A DNA stretch of 64,000 bases from Eledone cirrhosa (GCA_964016885.1 OZ024741.1:266042001-266106000); one strand, 5' to 3'; shown: positions 1 to 12,961, counted from the stretch's first letter. The notes: generated from the letters alone by a model not told the origin. Made by a program: numbers and translations.

Positions 1-425
1 CACACACAAACACTCTCTCACACACAAACACTCTCTCACACACAAACACTCTCTCACACACAAACACTCTCTCACACACAAACACTCTCTCACACACACA
101 AACACACTCTACACACAAACACTCTCTCACACACAAACACTCTCTCACATACAAACACTCCCTCATACACAAACACCCTCTCACACACAAACACTCTCTC
201 ACACACAAATACCCTCTCTCACACAAACACTCTCACACGCAAACACTCTCTCACACACAAATACCCTCTCACACACAAACACTCTCACACACAAACACTC
301 TCTCATACACAAACACTCTCTCACACACAAACACTCTCTCACACACAAATACCCTCTCACACTCTCACAGGAACACTCTCACACACACACACAATCTCAC
401 ACGCAAACACTCTCACACACACACA
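1..425. repeat. Minisatellite, ~20-bp unit (CACACACAAACACTCTCT)
   Basis: Unit visibly repeated about 20 times with variants; runs off the window edge. Confidence 0.9.
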
Positions 426-1500
426 CATACGTATTCTCACCCTCACTCTCTCTTTCTCTCTCATGTTCTCTCTCTCTCTCCCTCTCTCTCCATTTCTCTC
501 CTTCTCTGTCCCTTTCTCTCCCTCTGTGTCCCTTTCCCTCCCATTCTCCCCCACCCCCTTCCCTCTCCCAGCCATTGTCCCCTGCAGTTTGCTGTCTTTG
601 ATTAGCTTTGGTATCGATTAATGGGGCGGGGCGAATGGTAGATTGTGGAGGTGGTGGAGGAGGTTGTTGTTGTGATAGTAGTAGTGATAGTGATAGTGAT
701 GGTGGTAGTGGAGGTGCAGGTTGTTGTTGTTGTTATTGTGGTGGTGGTGGTGGCAGTTATGGTGTTGTGTGGTAGTGGTAGTGGTGGTGTTGTGTGGTAG
801 TGGTAGTGGTGGTGGTAGTGGGGGTGACAGTCGTGGAGGTGGTGGTGTGTGGTGGTGGTGGTGGTAGTTTTGGTGGTGGTGATAGCGGCGGTGAAGGTGA
901 CGGTGGTGGTGGTGGTGGTGGTGTAGGTGCGGCGGTGTTGGCTATAGTGATGATAGGTGGAGGGTGCTATGGTGGAGTGGGTGGAAGGTTGGATGGAATG
1001 GTTGGAGGGGGTTGGTGGAGGACTCGGGTCGGTGGGGGTGGTTGGAGGTGATCCCATTACCCCCCCCCCCCTCCACCACCACCACCCTCTTCCCAAGTGG
1101 ACAGGTGTTCTTGATAATATAGCAATAGGGAAAACATTCCGGTGTGTGAGTATGTGTGTGTGTATAGGCGTGTTTGTGTGTGTGTATAGGCGTGCGTGTG
1201 CGTGTATGTATGTGTATATGTAAGTGAGTGTTTATGTTGGTCTGTGTATGTATGTGTATGTGCGTAGATGTGTGTGAGCATCCATTGCCTACCCCCAGCT
1301 CACATACACACTAACATGCATAGACACATACATATACATACTTACATACATACATACATACACATATGCACGCATATACAGACACATATATACACATATG
1401 CACTCATATATTCATGCACACACAAATATATACGCCGTGTGTAGCAGTGTGTGTGTGTGTGTGTATACATTTTCTTCTTCTTCTTCTTCTTCTTCTTCTT

Positions 1501-1531
<31 letters not shown>

Positions 1532-1537
1532 ATAATA

Positions 1538-1632
1538 ATTGTTTCTACTTTAGGTACAAGGCCAGCAAATTACCCAGTGCATTACTGGTACTTTATTTTA
1601 TCGACCCCGTAAGGATGAAAGGCAAAGTCAAT
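1538..1632 (-). mobile_element. 5'-truncated tRNA-derived SINE (family with GCCTTTCATCCTTACGGGGTCGATAAAATAAAGTACCAG core)
   Basis: Reverse complement of the 3' half of the copy at 7596-7785. Confidence 0.85.
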
Positions 1633-1924
1633 CTAATAATAATAATGATTTCATTTTTTAGCCACAAGGGCCGACATGTAGGGGACAATACAAAGACAGG
1701 GACAGTGGGGTTTACAATAAGGTCGAGTAAAAGTGCACAATGGCAAGACTAATTTAACAATGAAGATATAAAAATATAAAATAAACTATGCATAAATATA
1801 ACAAAATAAATTCCCCGATAGGGGGTGGACGACCCTGGGGTGACTCGGGTACCCCACCAATCCTGAACCACCCTGCGCTTCTAGGGAACCCAGGGAGAGC
1901 ACCCCTCTCCTCAAGTTAGCTAGC

Positions 1925-4900
1925 CTATAGGCGCATGGTCAGAGTAGGCCCATTCACACGAGCCATTCTCGCCACATTCATCCACCTTTTAGCAAATGTA
2001 CTGGGGGGCAGCACTTCTCTCTCCACCCTCACTCTCCTTTCCAGGTGAACCTTGAAGAAGTTGATGAGGGATTGGCCGAAGAGAAAAGTGTCTGTCTTCA
2101 GTCCTTTTAACCTGGTCCACCATATAACCTCTTTCGCAACTGCCACCAGACAGAGGAAAATTGCCTGCTCTTCCTGACCTAAGGAAGGCGGCGGGTCGAT
2201 CTTCACTATGGACTCGGCCGATAGCCGGACTCGTTCCACACACGACAGTAGCTGTTCGACATAACTCCACAAGTCAGTAATGCACGGACATTGGACATGT
2301 GCGTGCAGAACGGTTTCGTGCGCATCTTGGGCAGGTCCGTCTGACAGCCAGCCCTTCTGTGCCTGTAGAGTTTATCCCGAACCGGCAAGGCCTCCTGGTA
2401 GCACTGCCAAGCGAGGGATTTCTGGAAATTGTCCATCGTCCCCGGCTCGAAAATCCTCCGGTACAGACTGGTCAGTTCGACTTCGTCGAGACCCAAAGCT
2501 TCTCCAAGTGCGTCATCGCACTTGCCCACCACTAATCCTCTATAGAACTCGAGAGTGGAAGTTCCACTGATCGCATTTCCCGCTTGGTAGAGGGCAGTGA
2601 GTGCCTGGAAACATTCCAGGTGCCAGTCACCCAGTCTCGGTCTCTTCTTGACCCAGGACTGAAGCTCAGTCAACGAAATGAGCTGCGGAAAGGCCCGTCT
2701 GATAAACGGCGACCACACCTGTTCACCGTATAGGCAGAATATCTGGAGATGTCGCAGCCTCAACGCATCTCTACGCATCATTAGCCACGGCATGCCCAGC
2801 CCTCCACTTAGAGGGTGCTGGCAGCAGATGGACCGCCTCACCAACGGAACTTGTCCCCTCCACAAGAATTTGAAGAGGAGCCGTTCCAACTTGACGAGGC
2901 GCGGACGGGGGCAAGGCACGACGGCCAGGCCGTAGTAGATGCGCGACCTTTCAGTGATAGCTTCCTCCTAGCCTATTTTTGGGTGAGACTGGCTACTCTG
3001 CTCGTTACCTCGTCCCAATTCTTTTCCCCCTGGAGTTCTGGTCCGAACCAAACCCCGAGCAACTTTACCGGTCCGTCCGTCCAGCGCCCCACGACGCTGT
3101 TGGACGGCATGGGCTTGCCTCTCCAGGTTCCGAGCTGCAAGCCCACCGACTTTTCCGGGTTAAGTTTGGCTCCTGTCAACCTTTCATATTCCTTCAATAA
3201 GGTGCCGACCACCTCAATTTCTGAGGTGTTCGACACCATCACGGTGATGTCCGCATAAGCCGACACCGCCTTTCCACGCCCCGGTTCGAGCAGGATGCCC
3301 TGCAACAGCTCCAGCTTCGCAGTAAAGGCTCGAGAGTCAATACGTACAGAAGGGAAGAGAGAGGGCACCCTTGACGGACCGATCCGGAGAGCCGAAATGG
3401 TTCCGAGAGGTGGCCATTAACCTTGACCACCGAGCGTGTGCCGCTGTGCATTGCAGCGATCCAGCTTCTGAAGACAGGGCTGAAGTCAGCTGCTTTGAGG
3501 ACAAACTCCAGATACCGATGGTCGACCCTATCGAATGCTTTCGATTGATCTAAATTGATCAGTGCCCCACCGAAGCCAGGTTTACACCCTACCCTCTCTA
3601 TGATGTATCGCATGAAGTGGAGATTGTCGTGTATGGACCTGGCTGGGATTGCGCAAGTTTGCGCCTCCCGAACCAAATCCTCGACGACAAGCGCCAATCT
3701 CTTTGCTAACACCTTGGCCAAAATCTTAAACTCTGTGTTGAGCAGAGTTATGGGCCTGAAGTTGTCTAATGTATCCCTCTTGTTCTCGTCTTTCCTTATC
3801 AGCGTCACCACTCCCCTGCTCACAGAACTGGGAAAACTCCCATTCTACTGCCAGTTACAGTAGAGTGCTTCGAGGAGATCGGAGAACAAGTCTGGCATAT
3901 TTACGTAAAGCTCGTAGGGCAGGCCATCCAAACCGGGTGACTTGTGCCTCATGCAGCCAACAAGGGCGTCCTGAATTTCGGCTGAAGTAATCGGCCTTTC
4001 GCAGCGCTAAGCGTCGTCCGTCGAGATGCGCGGCAAGCCGTCAAGGTGGGGACTGAAATCCGCTACGCTCTCTGACTCGCCACTCTCCCCGATCAACCGA
4101 GCAAAGTGCTGGCGAAAGGCCTCACACACCGCTTGGAATCGCTTATCTCGTGTCCGTCTCGGTCCGCCAAAGACCGATTTGTGGTTTTATTACCACGCTG
4201 CGCCTCCGCCACGCGGACCCATCGAACAGCTTTGGTTCCCTCGTTTCTCAGCGCACGCTCCTTAGCTCTGACAATGCAACCTTCGTGTTTCGCATTGAAA
4301 ACATGGTCTAATGCCATTCTCGCCACTCGCACGTCAGTTGCAATGCCACTACAAATAGCCTCGTCTAACCTATCTACCAGCTCCCCCTCCTTTCTATTTT
4401 TCTCTAACGCTAGTTCTTTGCTGCACTCTATCGAAGTTACTCTAATCTCGCTTTTGAGAGCCACCCACCATCTGTTGTTGATGATCCCCCCTGTCAACTT
4501 TTGCTTAACTAAATTGTTGACTCGGTCCCTGTAAGCCTTACGTGCCGGAAATGACATGTTCAGCTTCCAGTATCCCGCTCCTAACTTACGCGTTTTATCT
4601 AGTTCGACCATATAGATCACAAATTTGTGATCTGAATAGGCGACCGTTTTAAAAAGTGGGCAGCCCACACTATTTCTATGTATTTTCCTAATGAAGATCC
4701 TGTCTATATACGATCTAGATGACCCCATTCGGTTGGTCCATGTCCATACTGGCACATTGGGAAATCTAGTCGATACCTGTCAGTTGGAACTGGCTGAGTA
4801 GGTGCTTGAGGCTTTTGCACCCCCCGCTCCTATCGGCTACTCTCACAAGTCCCAGCGTGCGTCTAAGATGCCATTCCAGTCCCCGCTAACAGTAAAGGGC

Positions 4901-5283
4901 GAGACGTACCCAGAAAGGTCTCCAGGCGCCTAAAGAAGTCCGGTCGTCCGGCCTATGTAGGAGCGTAGACGGCCAGCAGTCTAAAGGCACCACCTTCGCT
5001 ACTGCTCACATTCAGGACCACCAACTTACCGTTCGGGTCCCGGAAGATCGACCTTACCTCGAGATCCAGTCCTTTCCTAAACAGTACTGCCACCCCACCC
5101 CTCATTCCCGGCCTGCTAACAGATGCGAAGATCTGATAGTCGTCGAAAATGGGGGCTAGTGCGCGCGTGTCGGAAATTCTGGTCTCGCTGACCGCAATCA
5201 CATCCATTTCCAGCGACCTGAGGTCGTTGAGCAGGCGACCCAAGGCCGCGAACATTTAAACTTCCTACTCTTAATATGGCCAT
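1925..5283 (-). pseudogene. L1/Tx1 ORF2 (APE endonuclease + reverse transcriptase), frameshifted
   Basis: Starts MAILRVGSLNVRGL; motifs SETR, SYIDRIF, YSDHK, FRPITLLNTEFKIL, DQSKAFDRVDH, VRQGCPLS, SAYADI (decayed YADD), spread over several frames. Confidence 0.93.
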
Positions 5284-5312
5284 GTTGGCAAGCTAAAAGA
5301 GAGATGGAAGGT

Positions 5313-7189
5313 TTACTTACCTCCCGAGGTCTTGTGAAGGTCGGGTGGTTCGACCTCCATGGTTGGTGTGGTTTCTTTTGGGAACCCCTTTAAAAGTCTC
5401 GATGTGGGTTTCACATTCGGGGTTCCCACGTCTTGAGGAAAGCTCTCTCGAATTTCTTTGAAGGAATCGAGTGACATTCGGACCAGAAGCAAATCTTTTG
5501 GCACGCAAAATGTGCTCATTTCAAAAATCTCCCCCTCTGTTTGAATGTCCTCACTTCGTGCTAAGAGGGCCATCAGTTTATCGTTGGCCCTTCTGACAAG
5601 CATGAAGTTTTTGACATTTTGTTGGTGTGGTTTTATTTGTTTTCGTTTTGGTGACTGTGGTGGTGATGGTTTTGGTGATGTTGTTTCGGGTATGACTGTA
5701 TTTGTTGTAGGTGTGGTGTCTGCAATTTCAGGTATTTGTGTGTTTATTTGTACTTGTGTTTGTTTAGGTTGTTTGCGTTTCGGGGATTGTGGGGGTGGTG
5801 TCGATGTTGCTGTTGGTGCTGATGTTATTGGGGAAGTGTTTGCGTTAGTGGTGTCTGTATTTTTTGTTGTGTATGTTTTTGTGTTTTGTTGGGGCTTTTT
5901 TGGGGGTGAGTTTTCTCTGTTTTGTTTTTTTTTGCATTTTTGGGTTTTCCTTCATCTTCGCTGCTGGAAGACAAAGGGTCTGTGGCTGTGAGTGTCTCTG
6001 TGTCTGTGTGTGCGTTTATTGTTTTGTCTATGTGTATAATTGGGGGTGAGGGTAGGGGGAATGGGAGAGCTTTCCTCGTTTTCCCCTTGGATTGGTTTCG
6101 GTGTTGGTGGTGGTCCGGCTGTTTTTGATGTTAGTGTCCGTGTCTTTGTTGGTGTTGTTTTTGGTGGTGGTGGTGGTGCAGCTTTCCGTGCTGACACTGG
6201 CGTTGGCAACAAAGGAGGTTTGCGACCCCCTGCATGTTTGCACTGAGGGCAGAAGGCTTGCAGATGCGTTGCTTCCCCGCAGACGAAGCAGTGTGGCCTT
6301 CTTCCCTCAGTGATTAGTGGATTGTTGTCCCGTCCTGCAGGCGGGAAAAATCCGGGATGTTGTTCATGTCCTCCGGTTTCATTTGGAGAAGAATCTCCAA
6401 ATCCATTCCGGACCAGTCTTCTCTCTCTGTCCTTTTGATATCCAGGTGTGTAGTGTCTCTCCCCTCCTCGATTACGCATCCCAGCATCCACCATATGTTC
6501 ATTCCTGGTGGGATGCTGGGAATGCGGACCTTTACTGTCCTTTTACCCATGTAGGACGGGTGCATGATAATGCATTCCGTTCTGCAGGGGGTCACCGAGT
6601 GCTTAATAGCAAGGGCCTTGGTTTTGAACAGTACCGAGAGGGTACCGAACTGTTTGGCACTTGCTTTATACTCTATGTCACTTCCGATGCACTCCAAAGC
6701 AGCCGCGACCTCTGCTTGGCTCGCAAGTCCCACTTTTCGTGTCTGCACCGAAATGCATCGAAAGTACACCGTCCTCCTTTGCATGGTCGCTATTGCCCCG
6801 TCCGGGATGGTCAGGTTTGCCCAGGACTTCTCCCGTTTAATTAGCCTCCACGCCTAGGCCAACTGCTCGTCTTTATCGCTAATATCAATATCCAATAAGC
6901 GCTTTGTTTTTGCTGCTGCTGCAGCAAATGTGGTGCTTCTGATGCTCTTGTTGTTGGTGTTGTCGTTCTTGCTGTTGTTATTGGTGTTGTTGTTATTGTT
7001 TTGTTTGTTGTTGCTGGTGCCACCGCCATTCGTGTTTACATTGAAGCTGTCGGTGTTATTGTCGTTGTTGCTCTGAGTTGCTGTTGTTGTAGTGGTGGTG
7101 GTGGCGGTGGTGGTGATGTCGTTTTCAGATGATACTGCTTCTATCACAGAAGGTTGTTTGTGATGGTAGCTTTTGAGTTTTGCCTTCAC
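5313..7189 (-). pseudogene. L1/Tx1 ORF1 (gag-like nucleic acid binding protein), frameshifted
   Basis: CFVCGEATHLQAFC zinc knuckle; N/T-rich N-terminus; ends GGK* just upstream of ORF2; homologous to ORF1 of copy 2. Confidence 0.8.
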
Positions 7190-7520
7190 ATTCAGTAGAG
7201 TGGACGACAGGTATGACTGTAGCCGTCGTAGTTGTGGTGAAATCTATAGTGGCTGCTTTTAAACTTTTAAACGTTGTTTACCGTTTCAAGGTCGAAAATT
7301 TCCATATTTTGGGGGGGGTGGGGAAGCGATTTTTTTCGTAGTTTTTAAAAATAAATCTGAATATTCGGGCTTAAAGCCCGAATATTGAGAGGTATCCCTC
7401 TCTTGAAACCAAATTGGGCACTTTATGTTTCGTTAACGACAAGAAAATACAAAAAATGATACTTTAAAACAGCTTAAAGTTACGAACCTTTTCCCCCGCA
7501 GACTTGTACTGTCTTCACAC

Positions 7521-7594
<74 letters not shown>

Positions 7595-7595
7595 G

Positions 7596-7785
7596 GGCGG
7601 TGGATTGGCAGTATTGGTAGAGGGTCGGACGCCATGCTTTGACGCATAGAGTTACGGCCCTTGCTATTCTGAGTTCAAATCCCGCCGAGGTTAACTTTGC
7701 CTTTCATCCTTACGGGGTCGATAAAATAAAGTACCAGTAATACACTGGGTAATTGCTGGCCTTGTGCCTAACGTAGAAATAATAA
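7596..7785 (+). mobile_element. tRNA-derived SINE, full length (most abundant family in the window)
   Basis: A-box-like TGGCAGTATTGG, B box GAGTTCAAATCC, conserved central core; about 12 copies in the window. Confidence 0.9.
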
Positions 7786-7941
7786 TTATTATTGTTGTTG
7801 TTGTTGTTGTGTTGTTGTTGCTGTTGTTGTTGCTGTTGTAATTACAAATCACCGGTATGCCCCTAACTTGTGGGTGTATCAAGATGCCCATGTGATTTTT
7901 ATATATATATATATGTGTGTGTGTGTATATATATATATATA

Positions 7942-7974
<33 letters not shown>

Positions 7975-8050
7975 AAAGAGCGGAGCAAGCGGTTATCAAA
8001 CAATTCTCTAAATAAATTAAAAAACGATTTAAATAATCACCTGTTCTATT

Positions 8051-8130
8051 GCTGTTACCGACGGTTTCACCATTCCAAAAATTGGAAATCCAGAGAATTT
8101 CCAATGGAAAGAAATGGATTTTCAGACAGC
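8051..8130 (-). ncRNA. Type I hammerhead ribozyme motif with long stem II, in a PLE-like fragment (7975-8432)
   Basis: Minus strand: GCTGT-CTGAAAA-tCCATT...AATGGt-GAAA-CCGtCGG-TA-ACAGC; G8->A leaves a C3.A8 mismatch. Confidence 0.65.
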
Positions 8131-8525
8131 TTATTTCCACACTATAAGGTTGCTAGCCCTACAGCAAGTAAATATTTCGCTTCCTGCCCAACGCATGCGG
8201 TCAAACCGTTAAAATGACACACGCAAAATCAGGTCGCAGATAATAGCTGTTTATTATAAACTTGTTGATATTGCCACTAAAATTAGCAGCATTATTCAAC
8301 GTTTTGTTCTCTACATAAGGAGAAAAATTATAAAAGTGGATGAATACTTCAACAGGCACTATGTACCTATAGAAATATGCAAGGTGTTTATAATAGTTGT
8401 GGTTCGATGGTACTAATTTGAGATACCAGAACAATATAAAATATATATATATATATATATATATATTTATTTATTTATTTATATATATGTGTGTGCGTAT
8501 TTTTGTGTGTATATATATATATATA

Positions 8526-8880
8526 GAAAAAAAGATGAAATCGAAAATGCAATTGGAGTCTTATTTTTAAAAAAATATATATATATTTATTTGGTTCCTT
8601 TACCGGTTTCGCAGTTCTTCTGCTTTTCAAAAGGTGAGTTGAGATGGAGGGTCTGTGGTTTTTCTCATGTGAGAAAAACCACAGACGCTCCATCTCAACT
8701 CACCTTTTGAAAAGCAGAAGAACTGCGAAACCGGTAAAGGAACCAAATAAATATATATATATTTTTTTTTAAATAAGACTCCAATTGCATTTTCGATTTC
8801 ATTTTTTTTTCTTTATACTTTCACTCGTGTAGGACACCTCGGTTATTTTTCAATTTGTAAAAAAAAACCTCACTTTCTAA
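8526..8880 (+). mobile_element. Fold-back PLE-like insertion, family A (inverted arms ~140 bp + ~68-nt 3' tail) in (TA)n
   Basis: 8526-8667 is the reverse complement of 8672-8811; second copy at 31992-32236 has the same outer ends. Confidence 0.85.
8703..8740 (+). ncRNA. Minimal type I hammerhead, U3-A8 core variant (mirror copy 8597-8634 on -, also 32062-32099 on -)
   Basis: CCTT-TTGAAAA-GCAG aagaa CTGC-GAAA-CCGG-TA-AAGG; palindromic stem III ACCGGT. Confidence 0.75.
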
Positions 8881-9122
8881 TATATATATATATAAGTGGA
8901 AGCTTAGTAAAATCAAAGCTTAGGCTGTGGCCAAGCAAAGTCGACCTACAATAAGGAATGAGTAGCAAAGCACTCAATAAGGGTAGGTCCTTAGAGTAAT
9001 AACATACATTTAAATAGCTTGACAAATTGAAAATTGCGGTAGGCAAAACCCAAACCCAACCATATATATATATTATATATATATATATATATATATGAGC
9101 ACTCTACTGACTTATATTCATC

Positions 9123-10925
9123 ATGCAGAAACAACATCTGAATATTTCTACAAAGAACATACCCGTACCAAGCAGGAAAACATACCTAAAACTCCTGATA
9201 CAGAAAACAGACGCGTTCATTAAAAGGTTGCGTTGGCGTGCCTTTTATTTCAATAATCCGCGAAAAGCAGACAACAAACAGGATAAATTTGGATTTAAAA
9301 CCTATAATAACCCTCCGTGGAACCCAGCATTGCTACCCTTCGAAAATGATGTCTTGGAACTCATTCGGAATATCAAATTTCGGAATAGGAGCAATTCCTT
9401 CCAGCAGGACCTGAAGAATAGAATTCGTTCTATTAAGGATTCTAACGCCGTGCACGTCTATTCCGACAAAACTGGCAACCTATATCAAGTGGAGCGCAGT
9501 ACTTACCATCAACTACTACATAATGCTGTAACTAAGGATTACCGTAAAACTAATCGGTGCGTCATCAATGAAATCAACGATGCTGGGTTTAAAATCACAT
9601 CTGATCTCAACATCCTGGACCGGACCGAACCTCTGGACCCTATCTCTCCCCACTTTACCCTGAAGGATCACAAATCCAATTTTCCGAACAACCCCTCTAT
9701 TCGGCTTATTAACCCTACGCAGTCCGATTTAGGTAGACTTAGTAAAACGATTCTTGATAGAATTATACCTGAAATTAGAAGTTTGGCCCCTCTCGCACTG
9801 TGGAACAATTCTTTCGCGGTGATTGATTGATTCAACGGCATATTTAACAAGGAACATTGCCGTTTTATCCAATTCGATATCAACAATTACTACTCCTCCA
9901 TCACTTTACCACTTCTCCTTAGAGCTATCAATTTCGCTAAAACACTCACAGTGGTTAAGGATTTTGAAGTTGATGTTACCCTCAATTTATTGAATGGGTT
10001 GTATTACCCGTATAGAAAGCCGAATGATACGCTTAATTACATAAGTAAGCATTCCAACCATCCTGCCAGCATAACCAAGAACCTGGTAAGAAACGTTTCG
10101 TTGAGGCTTTCCCGTCTTTCCACCAACGAGCGCATTTTCAACGACCATTCCACTTATTACAATGAAGCTCTTGCTCGAAGTGGATTTGTCGATAAGGTAG
10201 CATATACAGAGTACGAAAATAGACCTAGAAGAAATAGATCCCGTCGCATTTGTTGGTTTAACCCACCATATAATATGGAGGTGGCCACACCATTAGCTAA
10301 GATCTTTCTTTCCCTTATTACGAAGCATTTTCCCCCTACACATAAATATAGTAACATTTTTAATAGAAATACTATTAAAATTTCTTACTCTACGACTCCT
10401 AACCTTGCACATAACATCACAGCTTCAAATTTAGCTAAACTACCTAGCCGTAGGAACACGTGCAACCCTGTAGTTAGTACTAACTGTAATTGTAGGAATC
10501 GGGCTGATTGCCCCCTATCCGGGAAATGCCTCTCTAATAACATTGTCTACAAATGTAAGGTTGTAACACCCACCTCCCGTAGGGCCTACATAGGGTTAAC
10601 CGCCAATAGTTTCAAGCAGCGTCTTTACATGCATACCCATTCTTTTCGTTACCCTCTAAGAAGGAATATGACGTCACTTTCAGCTTATATCTGGAGTCTA
10701 AAAGACAACCACACCCAATATAAGTTACACTGGGAGATCCTAGCTAGGGCTAGATCGTATAACGGAAATAAAAGACCATGTGACCTCTGCGCCGCTGAGG
10801 CCCTGGAAATACTCTACGCTACAGACCACATCTTAAACAAAAAATCTGAGGCAATTTCGGCTTGTAAACATAAATTGCACAAAACTTTCCTGTATTACAG
10901 CCCCACGTTATACCCTAACGGATAG
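9123..10925 (+). pseudogene. PLE RT/GIY-YIG polyprotein with one TGA stop (9828-9830) and in-frame loss of the RT catalytic core
   Basis: KNIPVPS, LRWRAFYF, DKTGNLY, FDINNYYSSI (motif A), DVTLNL, YRKP..YISKHSNHP, CNC..CPL.GKC, IVYKC..YIG.T..FKQR..H, CDLC..E, LNKK.E; the two listed ORFs share one frame; no YRDD motif. Confidence 0.9.
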
Positions 10926-11854
10926 CACGATCTATACGTGGATATTTTACGTCTTGATGTGGGAGCTAAGTATATGTTTTGTTTATTCCTTTACTTATTT
11001 GCATAGGTAAGTATATATTACCCGTATGTTTTGTGAAGGTATGTATACCTTCTCGTACGTATATTTGACTGTTATAGCGTATAATTTTTACATATTCTGG
11101 TATTTAGGGTTTGGCTATGTGTATTCGGGAGTTTTGCGTCCGTGTGAGTGTGCAGGTTCGTACGTATGGTGGGTGTGTGTATATGTGTACTTCTTGTTTT
11201 AGTTGACTTACGTCTCCGAACATTCGTGTATTTATATGTAGGTATGCGTGCGCGCTTGTTATATACGCATTTATTTACTTATATACGTTTATATAATTAT
11301 TTATTTATTTGTACACAAGCATACACACACACACATATTTATATGTGCGTGGTTTTGTATACCCATGGTAAGGTTTTGCGTATGCTTGTGTATGTACGTA
11401 TCTGTTTGCGTGTATGTATTTATTTGTTTCTATTATCTCTGTATTGTATTTATTTACTTTGTTCTTAACTCTGTAGCGGAGATTCATTTGGTCTCCTAGT
11501 TAGAATTTTAGTCTACGATTTCTGCTATACCATTTACGTGGTTTTGTCTTTGCGTGCTATTGTTCTCCACGCTCCACATATGACTTATTATCTTCGTTTT
11601 TTCGTTCATTGCCAGAGAACGTCTCTATGCACCACCTAAGAGAACATTAGTCTACGACCTCTTTTATACCATAAACGTGGTTTTGTCTTTGCGCGTAATT
11701 GTTTTTCACCGCTCCTATTAATGACGTATTATTCGTTTTTTCCCGTTCTTTTGCCAGCGAACGTCACCATGAACCAAAGTATCGTCTTCCTGTCTTCCTC
11801 CGGTTGCAACGTTTTTTGAAATATCCAGTTCTGCGTTTACAGATTGACTTTGTT

Positions 11855-11905
11855 AGTTTCAGAAGATCCCGTTAAGGGTGAAAGCAGCGATTCTTTGCTT
11901 AAACT
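11855..11905 (+). ncRNA. Type I hammerhead motif at the PLE 3' end (CAGAAGA core variant)
   Basis: AGTTT-CAGAAGA-tCCCgttaaGGGt-GAAA-GCA...TGC-TT-AAACT; same core in the copy at 51565-51615 (-). Confidence 0.7.
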
Positions 11906-11921
11906 TTAATCTGTTATTTTA

Positions 11922-12540
<619 letters not shown>

Positions 12541-12629
12541 TCAAAAATAAAAATAAATAAATAGAATACGTAATTTTTTTTAAATAATTGTTTCTACTTT
12601 TGGCACAAGGCAATTATTTCAGCTTTTGT

Positions 12630-12723
12630 TTTCTCTCTCTCTCTCATATTCTCTCTCTCTCTCTCTATATATATCTCTCTCATATTCTCTCTCTCTCTCT
12701 CATATTCTCTCTCTCTCTCTCTC

Positions 12724-12819
<96 letters not shown>

Positions 12820-12849
12820 TCTCTCTCTCTCGCATACTATCTCTCTCTC

Positions 12850-12884
<35 letters not shown>

Positions 12885-12896
12885 TGCATACTCTCT

Positions 12897-12961
<65 letters not shown>

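Larger units (their letters stand above)
1650..7520 (-). mobile_element. Near-full-length degenerate L1/Tx1-clade non-LTR retrotransposon (copy 1)
   Basis: ORF1 with CCHC knuckle, ORF2 with APE + RT + C-terminal domain; flanked on both sides by (AAT)n. Confidence 0.93.

Noticed and set aside
5293-5320. Mini-intron fusing ORF1 and ORF2 into one protein
   Set aside because: Splicing leaves ORF2 out of frame in both L1 copies, and 28-38 nt is very short for an intron
9828-9830. In-frame TGA as selenocysteine, as reported for some Naiad PLEs
   Set aside because: It falls in VID*F, where Trp is expected (TGG->TGA), not at a Cys position; I could not identify a SECIS by eye
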